This document shows, piece by piece, positions 21,524 through 26,026 of a DNA stretch of 26,026 bases (positions within the stretch are counted from its first letter, which is position 1; every line of letters starts with the position of its first letter). The stretch spans positions 1 to 26,026 of the forward strand of contig JAQUOB010000001.1 of NCBI GenBank assembly GCA_028717325.1, read 5' to 3'. The notes beneath the pieces are model-generated. The model saw nothing but the letters and a program-made list of their open reading frames with translations. It was not told the origin of the DNA and ran no database searches. Source of the DNA: Candidatus Margulisiibacteriota bacterium (GTDB taxonomy: Bacteria > Margulisbacteria > WOR-1 > O2-12-FULL-45-9 > XYB2-FULL-48-7). A program made the translations under genes and the position numbers.

Positions 21524-22618
21524 TTATTCTCTAATATCCCATTTTTCTTTAAGCCTATTGATTGTGTGAGTCCACCTGTCGGTCCTTGGTTTGCATACAG
21601 AGTTTTGATTCCCAAATAATCCTATTTCTTTGACTGCATTCTCTTTCGACACTGTCTTTTCCCATTTAACTTTTACGATGTATTCTGCGTCATCCTCGTT
21701 AGTTTTATACTCTTCATGGTAGTTCCCATGCCGAGGAAGGTCATAAATTGTTTTTGTTTGCCCACCAATATAGAACAAAACACTATCCGCCCTTTTTGCT
21801 GATTCCTGAACTATACCAACACCAACATAACCTGTTTTTGGAATATTTACCCAGATTCTATCGCCAGGGTTTAAATAGTTAAGGGTTTGGGTATACCAAA
21901 CTCCCCCACCAGCAGAAATGAACCCATATTTAACAGCGTCATCCCAACTTCTGGAGCCAAATTCTCCAAAAGAGACATAATATTCGCCATTCCATGGATC
22001 AGATTCAGACCTTGCCAAAACATTATTTTCTACATCTAAAGGCGGAATTAGCCAAGCCCTACTTAAAAAGACCGTGTTTGAATCCTTAAATGTTTTAAAA
22101 AACATAACATTAATTGGGACATTTGACTCACTTAAATACTGCACAATCCGTTCCGTGCTTGAGTCTAAACTTGAAGCGACCACAATCATTTGATGGCTTG
22201 TATTGATATTCTCCTCATCAACCTCAATTCCATACTTGTTTAAAAATGCTTGGTTAAATGATAGTCCCGATTTTAAGTATTTTTCTTCATATTTATTATA
22301 TATGTCGGAGATATTTTCTGATTTTAATGTTTTAACCCAAGAAGCATAGTCAATGACTTGGGCAACCACCTCTCGAGGGGTTTGATCTCTTTTTAATTCA
22401 ATTATTATAATATTTCCATTATTATCTATGGCTAAAAGGTCTATATATTTATTCGTTGAAGTTGATACTTGACGGCCTATCAAAAGCCAACCCTCATTTA
22501 AAATGCTTATGTCATTGAAAATAATTTCTTCGAGCTCCCGCCTCTCATCAATGGCAACCTCATGGACCTCCTCAGGCTTATGGCCGTGAATCTTCCAAAT
22601 CTTATGATTAATAGGCAT
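21524..22618 (-). CDS. DUF91/NucS-like PD-(D/E)XK endonuclease with probable PUA/EVE-like C-terminal domain
   Basis: ERRELEE, IGRQV...IDLLAID...IIELKR...AQVIDYA nuclease motifs. C-terminal SWDDAVKYGFISAGGG...LNPGDRIWVNIPKTGYVGVGIV. GAGGAGG RBS, AT-rich codons. Confidence 0.8.
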   Translation of the reverse strand: MPINHKIWKIHGHKPEEVHEVAIDERRELEEIIFNDISILNEGWLLIGRQVSTSTNKYIDLLAIDNNGNIIIIELKRDQTPREVVAQVIDYASWVKTLKSENISDIYNKYEEKYLKSGLSFNQAFLNKYGIEVDEENINTSHQMIVVASSLDSSTERIVQYLSESNVPINVMFFKTFKDSNTVFLSRAWLIPPLDVENNVLARSESDPWNGEYYVSFGEFGSRSWDDAVKYGFISAGGGVWYTQTLNYLNPGDRIWVNIPKTGYVGVGIVQESAKRADSVLFYIGGQTKTIYDLPRHGNYHEEYKTNEDDAEYIVKVKWEKTVSKENAVKEIGLFGNQNSVCKPRTDRWTHTINRLKEKWDIRE

Positions 22619-22639
22619 CTTAAATCCTCCTCTTTCTTA

Positions 22640-22669
22640 GGAAACCGCGGCGTTCAGCCGCAGGTTTCC
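22640..22669 (+). repeat. REP-like hairpin, copy 6
   Basis: GGAAACCGCG-GC-GTTCA-GC-CGCAGGTTTCC. Confidence 0.9.
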
Positions 22670-22682
22670 GACATATCATTTC

Positions 22683-22723
22683 ATTTTTGGAAGCCGCGAA
22701 GTTCATTCGCAGGATTCCAAAAA

Positions 22724-22724
<1 letters not shown>
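22683..22724 (+). repeat. REP-like hairpin, copy 7
   Basis: ATTTTTGGAAGCCGCG-AA-GTTCA-TT-CGCAGGATTCCAAAAAT, abutting the ligA stop codon. Confidence 0.9.
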
Positions 22725-24718
<1,994 letters not shown>

Positions 24719-25465
24719 CTAACCACCCTGCCCCTTGATATCCAGGATCTCTTCAGGAGAAAGTATTACCGTCGACAAGATGTCGGCCTTGGCCAGCGTG
24801 ACGATTGTCTCCATGTCAAGCGCCTGGGAAACATGAAAAGGATGCGCATAGAACCGCTCAAGTGCACAGAGGTGCGCGCCACAGCCCAATTCGTCACCTA
24901 TATCCATGACCAGCTGGCGGATATAAGTGCCTTTGGAGCAGAGCACGGAGAACATAAAGCGGTTGGCGGTTGCGAGGGGCGTTTCGTTTTGCGTCAGGCG
25001 TAATTCGTAAATATTGATCTTTCGCGGTTGTCTTTTAACCTCGATCCCCTGCCGGGCTAACTCATACAGCTTCTTGCCTTTGATCTTAACCGCCGAATAC
25101 ATCGGCGGCACCTGCTCGATCTCTCCGGTATATTTGGTAAATATTGCCTCAATTTGTGATTTAGAAATTGGGATTTGAAGTTTGTTTTGAGGTTGGAGGT
25201 TTGAAGTTTGGATTTTACCTTCAGCATCTCCGGTATCTGTTCTTACGCCAAGGACCATCTCCCCATTGTACCCCTTGTCGCCGTTGAGAAAGTATTGGAT
25301 CGATTTGGTGGCTTTGCCGAGGAAGACGGGCAGGACGCCGGTGGCCATGGGATCGAGCGTGCCGGAGTGGCCGACTTTTTTCACCCTGGTCAGGTTCCTG
25401 ATCTTGGCTACCACATCGAAAGAGGTCCAGCCTTTGGGTTTATTGACGATGATTATGCCGTCCAT
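24719..25465 (-). CDS. truB: tRNA pseudouridine(55) synthase
   Basis: NKPKGWTSFDVV, KVGHSGTLDPMATGVL, QVPPMYSAVK, CSKGTYIR. Follows the DHH gene as in rbfA-nrnA-truB clusters. Confidence 0.98.
   Translation of the reverse strand: MDGIIIVNKPKGWTSFDVVAKIRNLTRVKKVGHSGTLDPMATGVLPVFLGKATKSIQYFLNGDKGYNGEMVLGVRTDTGDAEGKIQTSNLQPQNKLQIPISKSQIEAIFTKYTGEIEQVPPMYSAVKIKGKKLYELARQGIEVKRQPRKINIYELRLTQNETPLATANRFMFSVLCSKGTYIRQLVMDIGDELGCGAHLCALERFYAHPFHVSQALDMETIVTLAKADILSTVILSPEEILDIKGQGG
24959..25010. repeat. Degenerate heptamer patch in truB
   Basis: GCGGTTG-GCGGTTG-CGAGGGG-CGTTTCG-TTTTGCG-TCAGGCG-TAATTCG. Encodes ELRLTQNETPLATANR. Confidence 0.45.
25153..25216. repeat. Heptamer repeat arm in frame inside truB, same family as 6846-6973
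   Basis: Coding strand AAAATCC-AAACTTC-AAACCTC-CAACCTC-AAAACAAACTTC-AAATCCC-AATTTCT-AAATCAC-AAA. Encodes KIQTSNLQPQNKLQIPISKSQ. Confidence 0.85.
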
Positions 25466-25466
25466 G

Positions 25467-26026
25467 TTACACCAGGAACTTTAAAGCTTTCATATGCTTT
25501 ATGACATCGCGAATAACAAGATGCTCCACTTCTTCGATCCGGCCGTCGATCACGGCGCCGGCCGCTTTGAGGTGACCGCCACCGCCGAACCGCCGCGCGA
25601 TCTCCGAAACATTGACCCGTTCCTTGGAGCGGAAGTTGATCTTGACGCGGCCCTTCTCTTCCCGGAAGAAGATCGCCACTTCCACCCCTTCGATCGAGCG
25701 GACCGAGTCGACGATGCCGACCACGTCTTCCGACCGGGCGCCGGCTTCTTCCATCATCTCTTCGGTCACGACCGCCCAGCCGATCTTTCTGTCATCGGAA
25801 AATTTGATGTTCGACAGCGCTAACCCGGAGATCCTGACCGCCGGGACCGATTTATTATCGTAAATATGGGTCGTCAGCTCGTGGGTATTGACGCCGGCCT
25901 TGATCAGTTCGGCCGCGATCAGGAAAGTTTTTGCCGTCGTGTTGTCGTAGCGAAAATTGCCGGTGTCGGTGATGATCGAGGTGTAGAGGCAATCGGCGAT
26001 CTTTTTGTCCAGTTTGATCTTTAAGA
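25467..26026 (-). CDS. nrnA: DHH/DHHA1 phosphoesterase (NrnA-like), 5' end outside the window
   Basis: The frame is open to the window edge: ...DCLYTSIITDTGNFRY...VKINFRSK...FGGGGHLKAAGA. The ORF track shows only the part from an internal Met. Confidence 0.93.
   Translation of the reverse strand, partial: LKIKLDKKIADCLYTSIITDTGNFRYDNTTAKTFLIAAELIKAGVNTHELTTHIYDNKSVPAVRISGLALSNIKFSDDRKIGWAVVTEEMMEEAGARSEDVVGIVDSVRSIEGVEVAIFFREEKGRVKINFRSKERVNVSEIARRFGGGGHLKAAGAVIDGRIEEVEHLVIRDVIKHMKALKFLV

Noticed and set aside
21524-22618. True NucS/EndoMS giving a second mismatch-repair pathway next to mutS
   Set aside because: The nuclease motifs are N-terminal, with no NucS N-terminal DNA-binding domain before them. 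AT-rich composition and linkage to tnpA point to an accessory gene.
25467-25769. 100-aa stand-alone ORF as given in the ORF track
   Set aside because: The frame stays open to the window edge with DHH-family motifs, so this is the C-terminal part of a longer gene.

Overview
Bacterial housekeeping region with every supportable gene on the minus strand. In transcription order (right to left): nrnA-like DHH phosphoesterase (partial), truB, ligA, an AT-rich two-gene insert (PD-(D/E)XK DUF91/NucS-like nuclease with a probable PUA/EVE-like C-terminal domain, then an IS200-type HUH-Y1 transposase), TrmH-family methyltransferase, pheS, short pheT, mutS, two paralogous small beta-barrel-like proteins, a 48-aa CxxC/CxxC protein missed by the ORF track, dnaE, hisI, uvrA, a 37-aa membrane peptide missed by the ORF track, dnaB, an LptD-like protein, tmk, alaS and ruvX (partial). 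Gene content suggests a diderm, possibly Saganbacteria/Margulisbacteria-like (inference only). The main signal is a family of seven dispersed imperfect hairpins (core CCGCG-NN-GTTYA-N'N'-CGC(A/C)GG) with compensatory base changes and locus-specific outer stems. They bracket the nuclease+transposase insert, form doublets right after the alaS and ligA stop codons, and sit in frame twice inside mutS and once in the transposase tail. This resembles a REP/REPIN system paired with an IS200-type rather than RAYT-type enzyme. A second, independent layer of 7- and 8-bp tandem micro-repeats forms intergenic palindromes and occupies variable loops of truB, ligA and mutS.
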